DNA of 64,000 nucleotides from Erysipelotrichaceae bacterium (GTDB lineage: Bacteria; Bacillota_I; Bacilli_A; Erysipelotrichales; Erysipelotrichaceae): the NCBI GenBank assembly GCA_030523555.1, contig JAUNIH010000002.1:7938-71937 (forward strand), given 5' to 3'. The notes beneath the pieces are model-generated. The model was not told where the DNA came from, searched no databases, and was given only the letters and a program-made list of their open reading frames with translations. How positions within the stretch are numbered: position 1 is the stretch's first letter; each line of letters starts with the position of its first letter. The position numbers were made by a program, and so were the translations under genes. Shown here one piece after another: positions 45,573 through 55,124 of the stretch.

Positions 45573-46350
45573 CTTCTTTTATATATGAATCAAATTCATG
45601 AGTCACGCGCTTGTCTTCAGGAGGTATAGTCATATAATCGCCAAAGAAAGCCGTCAGAAATTCATCATATCCCTTAGGAATACAGAAAGTATGTCCTTCA
45701 AATTCAGCATAATCTTTTTCGTATACCGATTTTGGTAGAGCTCCGGTAAAACCATTAGGTGACCACCTCATACGGATGACATAATCACTTGTATCATAAT
45801 CATAAGTCATCGCGTTTTTTTCAATCATCTTCACAAGATTCTTGGAACCGATGATTCTAGGGATTATACGGTTAATTGCCTTAATCGGATTTTTACGGTT
45901 GAAGATCGGCTGATTGGACAGTCTCAGAAGCAATTCCAGAAAACATTCTTTCTTATAAATCTTATCTATCACTTCCTGATCATTGACTATTCCATCAAGC
46001 GGAAAGACATCTATATCAACCCCTAAAGGTTCATACTTCTTATAGTCGGTATCCGGTTCATATTTAACGGTATTTGGATCATAAACCTTGGAATAGTATA
46101 AATATCCACTATGTGGGTCTAAAACCGTATACTTGCCCTTATATTCCTTAATAAAACGGGTATAGTCAGGTCTAGGCATCATGATGTCAATATCATCATC
46201 CCATGGTATATAACCTTTATGTCTGATGGCACCCAGTAAAGTACCTACTGATAAGAAATAGGTAAGATTGTTTTTATCACAGAAATCAGCCACATCAATT
46301 AGAATATCCAGTGATATAGCCTTACATTCATCTTTCGTCAGTTTTCTCAT
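45565..46350 (-). CDS. LicD-family phosphotransferase (phosphocholine/polyol-phosphate transferase type)
   Basis: LDILIDVADFCDKNNLTYFLSVGTLLGAIRHKGYIPWDDDIDIMMPRPDY. Confidence 0.85.
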   Translation of the reverse strand: MRKLTKDECKAISLDILIDVADFCDKNNLTYFLSVGTLLGAIRHKGYIPWDDDIDIMMPRPDYTRFIKEYKGKYTVLDPHSGYLYYSKVYDPNTVKYEPDTDYKKYEPLGVDIDVFPLDGIVNDQEVIDKIYKKECFLELLLRLSNQPIFNRKNPIKAINRIIPRIIGSKNLVKMIEKNAMTYDYDTSDYVIRMRWSPNGFTGALPKSVYEKDYAEFEGHTFCIPKGYDEFLTAFFGDYMTIPPEDKRVTHEFDSYIKEDA

Positions 46351-46351
46351 A

Positions 46352-47866
46352 CTAAGCTTTCTTTATCAGTAAACCCTTTACTTTATCTATTGTCCTGAAC
46401 AGGTCATCCTTATAAAAAACATAGTCTGTAACTAAAGTAAGAACTCCCGCAAATAAAGTTATTATCACGGCATAGACAAGCCACATCATCCAGTTTGTAC
46501 AGCTTTGAACAAGTATCGTTGACATAAAATAAGTAACACCGATTATGCCCAGACATATGGCGACATGTTTAAAGTAATAACTGATTGGTCTGTCGATAAC
46601 GTTCTTGGAAAGATCGTCCGCAAACTGATAGGATCTTGTACACATTGCCGCAAAGGATCCAATCGCTACACCGACTATCCCATACATAAAGGTAAAGATA
46701 ACTGATACGACAACATTAATGACAGCTTCCATAATTGCCCCGTTTCTTGTCTCCTTATATCTTCCAATCGCAATGACAATTGTTCTGTATGGCAGTCTGA
46801 AGGTATTAAAGACATTCGCCAGTACTAAAAAGAAGGCAAAAGCCGGTCTTATATAATTGGCATCGGTTATGCCTGCTGTATATAAAGTCACAAAAGGAAT
46901 AATCAGCGCAAAAGTTGTTGAATACAAAACGGAAGCCAGTGAATAGATAATAAGCTCATAGACTCCAAGATTTCTCTTCATCAGATCAATTCTTCCTTCA
47001 GCGTACATACTGCCGAAAGCCGCTCCAAAACCTAAAGAAAACTTGGAGATTATTTTCTTGATGTTGGCTGCTACATAGTTATAGACAGTATAAACTGATA
47101 CTTCTGTAACCCCTGCAAGAACAGTTATAACGGTAATGTCGGTATTGTTGCAGATAAAGGCCGCTATTTCATGAGCTGCAGCGTCCCATCTTTGAGGGAT
47201 CTTGTCTTTATCAGGTTTGGCCTTATAGTCGATGTTATAGTGTTTACGCACGTACCAGTTAAAGAAGACTGGAGATATGACATTAACAAGCGCACTGCCC
47301 AACTTGACGATATGAATTGTGCAGTTACTGTTGATCAGCACTACTGAAACAATAGTATTTAATATAGTCGTTACAATCTGCATGATTATAACGATATAAC
47401 CCTTCTGATCAGCCTGAATTAACTGCTGATAGGTAAAACCTAAATAGTATTGCGCAAATGTTGAGATAGATATAATCAGTATTAATGATGCAGAAAACCA
47501 CCACTCAAAATCATTCGCAACCAGGAACGGATAAAAGATTGCCAGTCCCACAATAAAGACAAGGAAGATTAAAGTAATCTTTCTCATAAACTGCTGGGTA
47601 GCAGCCAGTATTTCACTTATTTCCTTATCATCATCTTCCGCTAAAGGCTTATATAAGGCAGCCATTGTAACCCCACCGATACCTGATTTCATCAGTTCGA
47701 TATAACCGATAAACTGGGTAATAGACTGGGTTATGCCGTTATATGCTGAACCAAAGTTACTTAAAATGAGTCTAGGAAGGATTAAACCGCATATTAAAGC
47801 TATGAGCTCATACGCAAAGCCCGCTATAACATTTAATGCGACATTTTTACCTCTTCCTCTTGCCAT
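46352..47866 (-). CDS. MOP-family flippase #2
   Basis: 504 aa and about 14 TM segments. N-terminus GKNVALNVIAGFAYELIALICGLILPRLIL. Confidence 0.75.
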   Translation of the reverse strand: MARGRGKNVALNVIAGFAYELIALICGLILPRLILSNFGSAYNGITQSITQFIGYIELMKSGIGGVTMAALYKPLAEDDDKEISEILAATQQFMRKITLIFLVFIVGLAIFYPFLVANDFEWWFSASLILIISISTFAQYYLGFTYQQLIQADQKGYIVIIMQIVTTILNTIVSVVLINSNCTIHIVKLGSALVNVISPVFFNWYVRKHYNIDYKAKPDKDKIPQRWDAAAHEIAAFICNNTDITVITVLAGVTEVSVYTVYNYVAANIKKIISKFSLGFGAAFGSMYAEGRIDLMKRNLGVYELIIYSLASVLYSTTFALIIPFVTLYTAGITDANYIRPAFAFFLVLANVFNTFRLPYRTIVIAIGRYKETRNGAIMEAVINVVVSVIFTFMYGIVGVAIGSFAAMCTRSYQFADDLSKNVIDRPISYYFKHVAICLGIIGVTYFMSTILVQSCTNWMMWLVYAVIITLFAGVLTLVTDYVFYKDDLFRTIDKVKGLLIKKA

Positions 47867-47871
47867 ATATA

Positions 47872-48966
47872 CTATATAGTCCTCTCATTATACTTCTTGA
47901 GACATTCCTTAAGCTCTTCCATATCTTCAGGTATCATCACCTTATCAGGATTACTGTATGAATTCTTAAATACTTCAATCATCTTTTCAAAAGCCGGAGT
48001 CATATTGGATACTTCATAACTTCCAAGCTTATATATAAAAATTATAAATGGTTCTTTATCAAATAACATCTTTGGTGAAAAACAGGCTGTCGAATGTATC
48101 GCAACCAGTAACTTCTCATTGATATCTTTCATACCCAGAACTTTCAGTTCCCAGATATGAGATCCATCACTTTCCGCAAAACCATACTTGTTGTCCATAT
48201 GGTTACGTGGATGCTGACAGAACAGAACATCATCATGATATTTATTGACATTACTTAAGACTTCATCAACCATCCTGTTGAATTCTTCGTTATTCAGGAA
48301 TTGAGAAATCCAGTATATTGGTTTATCAACACTCTGTCTGTTGATATCTTCAAAGAGTACACATAATTCATTCAGGAAATCATCATCAAACTTGGGTATT
48401 TCAATAACTCTATCCTTATAATCAGAAAAATACATATCCTCATTCACAAGATAGATTCTCTTATATTCTGTAAGATCTACTCCATTATGTAAAACCTTAT
48501 CAACCTTCTTATATAATCTCGGCTGCATCTCTAACAAATCAATTGGATTATAAGAAGCTGAACCTTCTTCAAACAGTTCTATTTCAGCCTTACGATTCAT
48601 TCGGCATATCTGGTCAACAAAAATAGAATACTTGGGTGTAGAAATCACATCATATTTATTTTTAAGAAATGATTTCTCAAAACCATACTTACTTGAAAAA
48701 TAAAAAGAAGATGATAAAGAATCCAGTAAAGAATAAACAGTATGAAGTTTACCTTTATTTGTTTTCTTATCAATGATATAGACATTATCAAAATAATCCT
48801 TTTCTTTTAAATGCCCATAAATTTTATCTGCCCCATTAAAGGTATTTAACAGAAAAAGATCAGCTTTATAATCTTCAATATTTTCAAAGCCGTTTTTACG
48901 ATGATTATTGAGATTCAAAACATTCATCAGCTGATAGGCTGAATTCACATAATAGAAATATCTCAT
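47872..48966 (-). CDS. Uncharacterised GT-B-like protein with sialyltransferase/TagF-type motifs
   Basis: ELFEEGSASY has EEG at aa 133-135. CQHPRNH has HP at aa 252-253. AIHSTACF has HST at aa 291-293. No TM segments. Confidence 0.45.
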   Translation of the reverse strand: MRYFYYVNSAYQLMNVLNLNNHRKNGFENIEDYKADLFLLNTFNGADKIYGHLKEKDYFDNVYIIDKKTNKGKLHTVYSLLDSLSSSFYFSSKYGFEKSFLKNKYDVISTPKYSIFVDQICRMNRKAEIELFEEGSASYNPIDLLEMQPRLYKKVDKVLHNGVDLTEYKRIYLVNEDMYFSDYKDRVIEIPKFDDDFLNELCVLFEDINRQSVDKPIYWISQFLNNEEFNRMVDEVLSNVNKYHDDVLFCQHPRNHMDNKYGFAESDGSHIWELKVLGMKDINEKLLVAIHSTACFSPKMLFDKEPFIIFIYKLGSYEVSNMTPAFEKMIEVFKNSYSNPDKVMIPEDMEELKECLKKYNERTI

Positions 48967-49976
48967 TGATTGATTATCTCCAGTATCTGTCTGGCTCTAT
49001 GTTGCCAGGTATGATTATTCATGAGACATTCATAGTTTTTATCGACTATCTCCTGATACTTTTCAGGACTTTTTTCCATTTCATCGATTAAAGAATCAAA
49101 GTCACTTAAATCATCATTAAACTCAATCATGCAGTCCTTTGAAAAAAGTTCATCTATAACAATCGGTTTTTTACCGATAATCAGAGTCTTACATGCCATG
49201 GCCTCAAAATATCTGGCAGTTATGCCACACACATTACCCGTTCTCTTGAAGTTTTCATAACACTTAGGAACAGACACAAAATATTTCGTCTTATTAATTT
49301 CCGTTACCAGATCCTGAATATCAGGATAGATCTCTTCATTTCTGTCCTTACGGTAGACATAGTTTTCTCTATTATCTTCAATATTATGTTTTTCCATATA
49401 TTCAAGAATCTTCTTATGTATACCTTCATTTACTCTTCCCATAGACATGAACATTCTTGTCTTCTCTAAATGTTCATCTTTAAAGATACTTAAATCAGCA
49501 GACTGAGGCACCCAGTAGGCATTATAGATATCCTTATAATGTTCATAAGTCTGTCTGAAACAGAAGAAGACATAATCAGGTTTTATATCATCCATTACCT
49601 TCTGCCAGTCATCAAATTCCGGTTCCCAGCAGTCATAGATATATAAAGAGATTTTGTTGCCATGTTTCTTTAATGATTTTAATAAATAGGCATTTGCCTC
49701 TAAGAAATTAAGATTCATCGCGATATACATGTATACCGCATTAGTATCTTTTTTCTTAGTAAATCCATCCGCAATAGATGGCAAACCAATCTTATTTAAA
49801 ACTCTACTGATATTCTTCAATACAATATTCTTATAAACGGCATCCACATTATCAACGCTTAAAAAGGCACTTTCCTGTCCCACAATACATGGATTGGATT
49901 TGCCTTTTTTAATAAATGATTTCTGTTCTGATAATATTACTAATCTATTCACTCCATATATCCTTACTGTTTTCAT
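48963..49976 (-). CDS. CgeB-like / Glyco_trans_1_2-type glycosyltransferase-like protein
   Basis: The C-terminal TARYFEAMACKTLIIGKKP pattern is present. Start set to ATG 49976 (MKTVRIYG...). The ORF track extends to 50048, which would overlap the cupin gene by 104 nt. Confidence 0.5.
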   Translation of the reverse strand: MKTVRIYGVNRLVILSEQKSFIKKGKSNPCIVGQESAFLSVDNVDAVYKNIVLKNISRVLNKIGLPSIADGFTKKKDTNAVYMYIAMNLNFLEANAYLLKSLKKHGNKISLYIYDCWEPEFDDWQKVMDDIKPDYVFFCFRQTYEHYKDIYNAYWVPQSADLSIFKDEHLEKTRMFMSMGRVNEGIHKKILEYMEKHNIEDNRENYVYRKDRNEEIYPDIQDLVTEINKTKYFVSVPKCYENFKRTGNVCGITARYFEAMACKTLIIGKKPIVIDELFSKDCMIEFNDDLSDFDSLIDEMEKSPEKYQEIVDKNYECLMNNHTWQHRARQILEIINQ

Positions 49977-50304
49977 CCAGCTCAACACCCTTGTCATACA
50001 TTGATACAAGTACGGTATATTCAAGATATTCAAAGGTATGGAAGACATATTCAGGTATCACGAAGAAGTCCCCAGCCTTTATCTCATATTCTTCTTTTAC
50101 ATCATCTTTCCATACTTCCAGGTTGAAAGAACCACTCACAATATAGAAAGCTTCTTTATTGTACTTATGATAGTGTCCTCCCCTTTTTGAACCAGGAAAA
50201 GAAGTAATCACATTTACCTGATTATAACCATCATGAATAAGCTGTTTTAATGATCCTGCCTCATTTTCAAAGACAAAATCAGGTTTAATAAATTCAATTA
50301 ACAT
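49945..50304 (-). CDS. Stand-alone cupin related to the C-terminal domain of CapF/FnlB (candidate keto-sugar epimerase)
   Basis: NEAGSLKQLIH...NQVNVITSFPGSKRGGHYHKYNKEAFYIVSGSF aligns by eye with NRGSFTELVH...GQVSINISKPGITKGQHWHNSKWEQFIVVSGHG of the 29998-31197 product. Confidence 0.6.
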   Translation of the reverse strand: MLIEFIKPDFVFENEAGSLKQLIHDGYNQVNVITSFPGSKRGGHYHKYNKEAFYIVSGSFNLEVWKDDVKEEYEIKAGDFFVIPEYVFHTFEYLEYTVLVSMYDKGVELDENSKDIWSE

Positions 50305-50306
50305 AA

Positions 50307-51341
50307 TTATCTTGTAAGGAAAGACTCACCTTTCTTTACTCTTTCTCTCCAGTAATCAAGAAGATCCTTCATTGTCTTTTCATAAGGGATGTTTGGTTCC
50401 CATCCGGTATGAGCCTTAAACTTTCTACAGTCAGGAATCTGTAAATCCGCATCTATCGGTCTTAATCTTTCTGGATCAGTAACAATCTCAATTTCATCCT
50501 TTTTAGGTGAATAAGAAAGTAATGTACGTAAGGTATCGCCTACAGTACAGGTATATGATCCACCGATATTGTAGTATTCTCCCGCAACAGGATTACATGT
50601 TACTAACATATAATAAGCTCTTACCGCATCTCTAACATCCGCATAGGTTCTTAAGGAATCAAGATTTCCTACCATAACCTTAGGTTCTATCAGACCTTCT
50701 TCTATCATCGCAATCTGTTTGGCAAATGTTGATTCATGGAAGACATCACCACGTCTAGGACCGGTATGGGTAAACATACGGGTAGTCATAACTGTCATGC
50801 CGTAAGCTTCTGCATAGTATCTTCCAAGTAAGTCGGTGCCTACTTTAGAGATAGCGTAAGGTGATGCAGGATGGAAACGGCATTCTTCATTAATGCCACC
50901 TTCAGGTTTTTCTTCAGCCGGAATCTTGCCGAATACTTCTGAAGATGCACAGACATGAATTACAGGCTTATAGCCTTTATCTTCTTCCATTTGTAGATGT
51001 AAGGCTTCTAAGAGCCTACATGTACCAACGATATTGGTTGTCAGAGTATCAATAGGAGCAGTAAAGCTCGTTAAAGGATAAGACTGTGCTGCCAGATGGA
51101 AGACATAATCAGGTTTTACTTTTCTTATAACGGTTATTAATGACATTTCATCATTAAGATCTGCATAATCAAAAAATACTCGATCTTTTTTATTTACTCT
51201 ATCAAGTAAATGTTCAACATTATCAAGTGGTGATCTCCATCTGCATACACCATAGATATCCCAGTCGGTATTTTCCAATAGATAATCAGCCAGATGAGAT
51301 CCGACCATACCGGTAATACCGGTAATTAAAGCTTTAGCCAT
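50307..51341 (-). CDS. Gmd-family NDP-sugar 4,6-dehydratase (DmhA-like; predicted GDP-heptose 4,6-dehydratase)
   Basis: ALITGITGMVGSHLADYL...CASSEVFG...PASPYAISK...MFTHTGPRRG...GNLDSLRTYADVRD. No manB/manC is nearby, and the heptose genes are adjacent. Confidence 0.65.
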   Translation of the reverse strand: MAKALITGITGMVGSHLADYLLENTDWDIYGVCRWRSPLDNVEHLLDRVNKKDRVFFDYADLNDEMSLITVIRKVKPDYVFHLAAQSYPLTSFTAPIDTLTTNIVGTCRLLEALHLQMEEDKGYKPVIHVCASSEVFGKIPAEEKPEGGINEECRFHPASPYAISKVGTDLLGRYYAEAYGMTVMTTRMFTHTGPRRGDVFHESTFAKQIAMIEEGLIEPKVMVGNLDSLRTYADVRDAVRAYYMLVTCNPVAGEYYNIGGSYTCTVGDTLRTLLSYSPKKDEIEIVTDPERLRPIDADLQIPDCRKFKAHTGWEPNIPYEKTMKDLLDYWRERVKKGESFLTR

Positions 51342-51344
51342 ATA

Positions 51345-52346
51345 TCAGTCCTCCAAATCAAATTTTTCCGGTGCATCATATATTACACTTGTTCCCTCAT
51401 TTTCAAAATTGAAAGGAACATACAGTAATTCACTAAGTTCATTTTTAACAGCTTCTTTTTTGTCATCCGTCACATAAAACAGCATGAACCCACCGCCACC
51501 GGCACCCAAGAGTTTTCCACCTAAAGCGCCAGCCTTAATCGCTCTTTCATATATTTCATCAATACTGCCGGTAGAAATCTTAGAACCTGTACTTCTTTTA
51601 AGCTTCCAGGTCTTATCTAATAATCTTCCAAAATCATCAAGATCCTTACTTTCATCTTCAAGAATGACCTGTACATTATCAACCATATTCTTCATTTCGA
51701 TTAAAGTCTTGGTCTTGTCACCAATATTCTTTTTTGTATCACTCTGTATCTCTGCCGAAAATCTTGAGAACCCTGTAAAGAATAACATTAAATTACCATT
51801 GAGTTTTTCTTTTCTTTCTTCCGAAATATTAATAGGTGTTACAACATAACCGTCTGAAGTAAAATCTATTCTGTTTAAGCCACCAAAAGATGCGGCAATC
51901 TGATCCTGAAGACCACCGGCTTCATTACACATTACTCTTTCAACATGTATAGCTTCATCAGCCAGAGTTCTCTTATCTTTCTTTTTACCCTTAAGGCTAT
52001 GGAATGCGTTTAATAATCCTACTGCAAAAGAACTAGATGTACCTAAACCTGTACGTGCAGGTAAATCCGCGTCGTAGGTGATGACCAGTTCATGCATATC
52101 CAGCAGTTTCATCGCATTTTTAACCATAGGATGTTCAATATCATCAACACCCTTGGTTCTTTCAATTCTTGAATATGTTACCTGGTTTGTATAATCAAAA
52201 AAACGTGGCAGATGTCTTACTGTCACGTAACAGTATTTATCAAAAGTGGAAGAGATAACTGCTCCTCCATTTTCTTCATAAAACTCTTTAAGATCCGTAC
52301 CTCCACCAAAGAAAGACATACGGAATGGGGTTTTAGTGATAATCAT
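51345..52346 (-). CDS. hddA: D-glycero-alpha-D-manno-heptose-7-phosphate kinase (GHMP family)
   Basis: MIITKTPFRMSFFGGGTDLKEFYEENGG...PARTGLGTSSSFAVGL. Confidence 0.82.
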   Translation of the reverse strand: MIITKTPFRMSFFGGGTDLKEFYEENGGAVISSTFDKYCYVTVRHLPRFFDYTNQVTYSRIERTKGVDDIEHPMVKNAMKLLDMHELVITYDADLPARTGLGTSSSFAVGLLNAFHSLKGKKKDKRTLADEAIHVERVMCNEAGGLQDQIAASFGGLNRIDFTSDGYVVTPINISEERKEKLNGNLMLFFTGFSRFSAEIQSDTKKNIGDKTKTLIEMKNMVDNVQVILEDESKDLDDFGRLLDKTWKLKRSTGSKISTGSIDEIYERAIKAGALGGKLLGAGGGGFMLFYVTDDKKEAVKNELSELLYVPFNFENEGTSVIYDAPEKFDLED

Positions 52347-52999
52347 TATTTATCTTCTCCAAAATAGTTATTCTCTAACATGAGGCAGAGACAATGATAA
52401 ACAGGAAGATGAAGTTCCTGAATCTTATATGTTTCTGTTTCTGGTACTTTAATACATACATCAGCGATACCTGATAACTTACTGTCTTTTGAACCTGTAA
52501 GTCCCACAATCTTGATTCCTAAAGCCTTCGCTACAACACAGGCATAATAGATATTCTTGGAGTTGCCTGATGTAGAAATAGCTAAAAATACATCACCTTT
52601 TTTACCATATCCGAGTAACTGCTGGGCAAAGACACCTTCAGCGTTCACATCATTCATATAGGCTGTCGTTAAAGCCACATGTGAAGTAAGTGGAACGGCA
52701 TATAAAGGTTTCTCTAAAGAATCGGATAACTGTTCACCAATCTCTTTATCAATTTCTGTAAGTTTATTCTTTAAATCTTCATCGATAGGACGTTTACTCT
52801 TGAAACGCTTCATCAGCTCTCCGGCAATATGTTCGCTGTCGGCAGCGGAACCGCCATTACCCGCAATCAGCAGTTTTCCATCATTATCGTAGCTATCTTT
52901 AATCATCTTAAAAGCGTACAGCATATCTTCTGCACAAACTTTTAATTGAGGATATCTTTTCATCGTATCGATAAAAGCTTCTTTTACACTTGAATTCAT
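52346..52999 (-). CDS. gmhA: Sedoheptulose-7-phosphate isomerase (SIS domain)
   Basis: LLIAGNGGSAADSEHIAGEL...AISTSGNS. Confidence 0.85.
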   Translation of the reverse strand: MNSSVKEAFIDTMKRYPQLKVCAEDMLYAFKMIKDSYDNDGKLLIAGNGGSAADSEHIAGELMKRFKSKRPIDEDLKNKLTEIDKEIGEQLSDSLEKPLYAVPLTSHVALTTAYMNDVNAEGVFAQQLLGYGKKGDVFLAISTSGNSKNIYYACVVAKALGIKIVGLTGSKDSKLSGIADVCIKVPETETYKIQELHLPVYHCLCLMLENNYFGEDK

Positions 53000-54237
53000 T
53001 CTAAAATCTCATTTACGGCCTTTAATAAATCGCCGTCTCTATCTATTTTAATACATTTACAGCCGGCATTACTACCTGCCTCAACATCACTGTCACTATC
53101 CCCTATCATATAGGACCGGCTCAAGTCGATATTATACTTTTCCGCAGCCTGATAAAACAAACCAGGTTTAGGCTTTCGGCAGTCACAGACAATCTTAAGT
53201 TCTTTTACTTCCCCTTCAAATCCTGAATCAGGATGGTGTGGACAGTAGAAGATATCATCTACGAACGCTCCTTCATTGCCTAAAAGAGTTTCCATCTTAT
53301 TGTGGATATTGTCTAAACCATCATAAGTAACTTCACCCCTGGCGATAACCGGCTGATTGGTGATGATAATACAGAGATATTCGGAATGGTTAATCTTCTT
53401 TATCGCTTCAGCAGAATTCGGTAATAGTTCAAACTCTTCCGGTTTTCTTAAGAAACCGACATAATGATTGATTGTACCATCTCTATCCAGGAATATAGCC
53501 TTCTGTTTATTGGATAACTTACGGTTATTTACTTTTCCTGATAAATAGTCGTTACATACTTCTTCATATCTTTCGGGTGTACCCATATCCTTAACATACT
53601 CTGTTGAATGATACGAAAACATAGTTCCTGTACCGCATAATGGTTTCAGGATATCTCTATCAAGATCTATCTTTTCTTTATCAATTCTTTTATCAAGTAC
53701 TGGCTTATTCAGAATATGCACACCGGCATTGACAATATTTTTATAGTAATCATTTCTTTCATCTTCTTTGGTCAGCCATCTGATGACGCTGTCATTTTTA
53801 TCAGTGATGATTAAACCGCTGTCATATGGATGATTATTAGGGTGTGTCAGTAAAGAAACTAAAGCGCCCTTTTCTTTATGGAATTCATAGAAGCGCTTCA
53901 TATCAACTTCCATCATGGCATCGCCATTAATTAAGATAAAATCTTCACTGAGTTTATCCTTAATCTCAAATAAGGCTCCCGCATTACCCAAAGGTACTAC
54001 TTCATTAAAATATTCAATATTTACCCCAAATCCTGATCCATCACCAAAATAATCAGTAATCACATGTCCAAGATGAGATATCGTAATAATAAAATCCTTA
54101 AAACCCTGATCTCTTAAAGATTCAATTTCTAACTGCAGTACAGGTTTTTCACCTATTCTGATCATCGGTTTAGGAATATCGGAAGCGATGGAACTTATTC
54201 TTGTCCCCTTACCTCCTGCCATTATTACAACCTTCAT
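52996..54237 (-). CDS. Fusion of HddC-type heptose-1-phosphate guanylyltransferase and GmhB-type D,D-heptose-1,7-bisphosphate phosphatase
   Basis: The N-terminus is MKVVIMAGGKGTRI...GNAGAL...NGDAMM. The C-terminal HAD region is FLDRDGTIN...ITNQP...YCPHHP...CDCRKPKPG...IGDSDSD. Confidence 0.82.
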   Translation of the reverse strand: MKVVIMAGGKGTRISSIASDIPKPMIRIGEKPVLQLEIESLRDQGFKDFIITISHLGHVITDYFGDGSGFGVNIEYFNEVVPLGNAGALFEIKDKLSEDFILINGDAMMEVDMKRFYEFHKEKGALVSLLTHPNNHPYDSGLIITDKNDSVIRWLTKEDERNDYYKNIVNAGVHILNKPVLDKRIDKEKIDLDRDILKPLCGTGTMFSYHSTEYVKDMGTPERYEEVCNDYLSGKVNNRKLSNKQKAIFLDRDGTINHYVGFLRKPEEFELLPNSAEAIKKINHSEYLCIIITNQPVIARGEVTYDGLDNIHNKMETLLGNEGAFVDDIFYCPHHPDSGFEGEVKELKIVCDCRKPKPGLFYQAAEKYNIDLSRSYMIGDSDSDVEAGSNAGCKCIKIDRDGDLLKAVNEILE

Positions 54238-55118
54238 CTGAACTTTGGCCTTTCAAAGATATCGACATACTCGATACCTAATATTTCTTTTAATAAAGAA
54301 TTATCCATCAGCGTACTGGTAGCACGCTTGGTCTCAAAATTATCCACGGCCTTGGACATCGTGATAGGCACAATAAGATTTCTGTCTAATCCTTCTCTGT
54401 CCGCAATCATGAGACCTACATCATATTTGGACAGATCCATATCGCCACAGACATTTACTACTGGTTCTGTATTTCCCTTTTCCATTAACATCACCAGCAG
54501 TCTCGCCGCATTTTCAAAACTCAAAGATGAGCGGTATGAATCTTCATACATTTCAAAAGGTTTATTATTTCTTAAAGAATCAACAATCACATCATAGAAA
54601 TGCGGTTTATCACTTAATGATGGTGAAATAAGGAATGGGAATCTCACCACATTTCTTCCTCGATGTATCATCACACTTTCAGCAGCTGCCTTATTATGTC
54701 CATAGAAGTTAACAGGTTTTAATTCATCTTTCTCTTTAAAGTGATAATTATCTATACTGTCTCCATATACGCTGTCAGTTGATACATAATAGATAGATTT
54801 TGCGAATTCCGCCTTATTGATGAAATAGGAAAGGCAGGTGATATTAATATCCCAGGCAAGCTCCTTGTTTCTTTCAACAAGATCGGGTTTATGATAAGCC
54901 GCAAGATAAATGATTTTGACATCGTCTTCATTCTTTAAGATTTCCAACAACATATCTACAGCGTTCCTGTCTGTGATATCACAACCAATCCAGCTGATAC
55001 GTTCTGTATTTTCTTTTATGTTTCTTGCCACGCAGATAATCTTTTCATCAGTATCTTCAAGAATAACCTTTTGACAGTACGATCCAAGATATCCATTAGC
55101 CCCTATAATTACATACAT
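54234..55118 (-). CDS. RmlD-like SDR (candidate 4-keto reductase of the heptose branch). SD-less ATG at the predicted TSS
   Basis: MYVIIGANGYLGSY Rossmann motif and YGHNKAAAE (YxxxK). The ATG lies 6 nt after the minus-strand TGTTATAAT. Confidence 0.7.
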   Translation of the reverse strand: MYVIIGANGYLGSYCQKVILEDTDEKIICVARNIKENTERISWIGCDITDRNAVDMLLEILKNEDDVKIIYLAAYHKPDLVERNKELAWDINITCLSYFINKAEFAKSIYYVSTDSVYGDSIDNYHFKEKDELKPVNFYGHNKAAAESVMIHRGRNVVRFPFLISPSLSDKPHFYDVIVDSLRNNKPFEMYEDSYRSSLSFENAARLLVMLMEKGNTEPVVNVCGDMDLSKYDVGLMIADREGLDRNLIVPITMSKAVDNFETKRATSTLMDNSLLKEILGIEYVDIFERPKFR

Positions 55119-55124
55119 GCCTAC

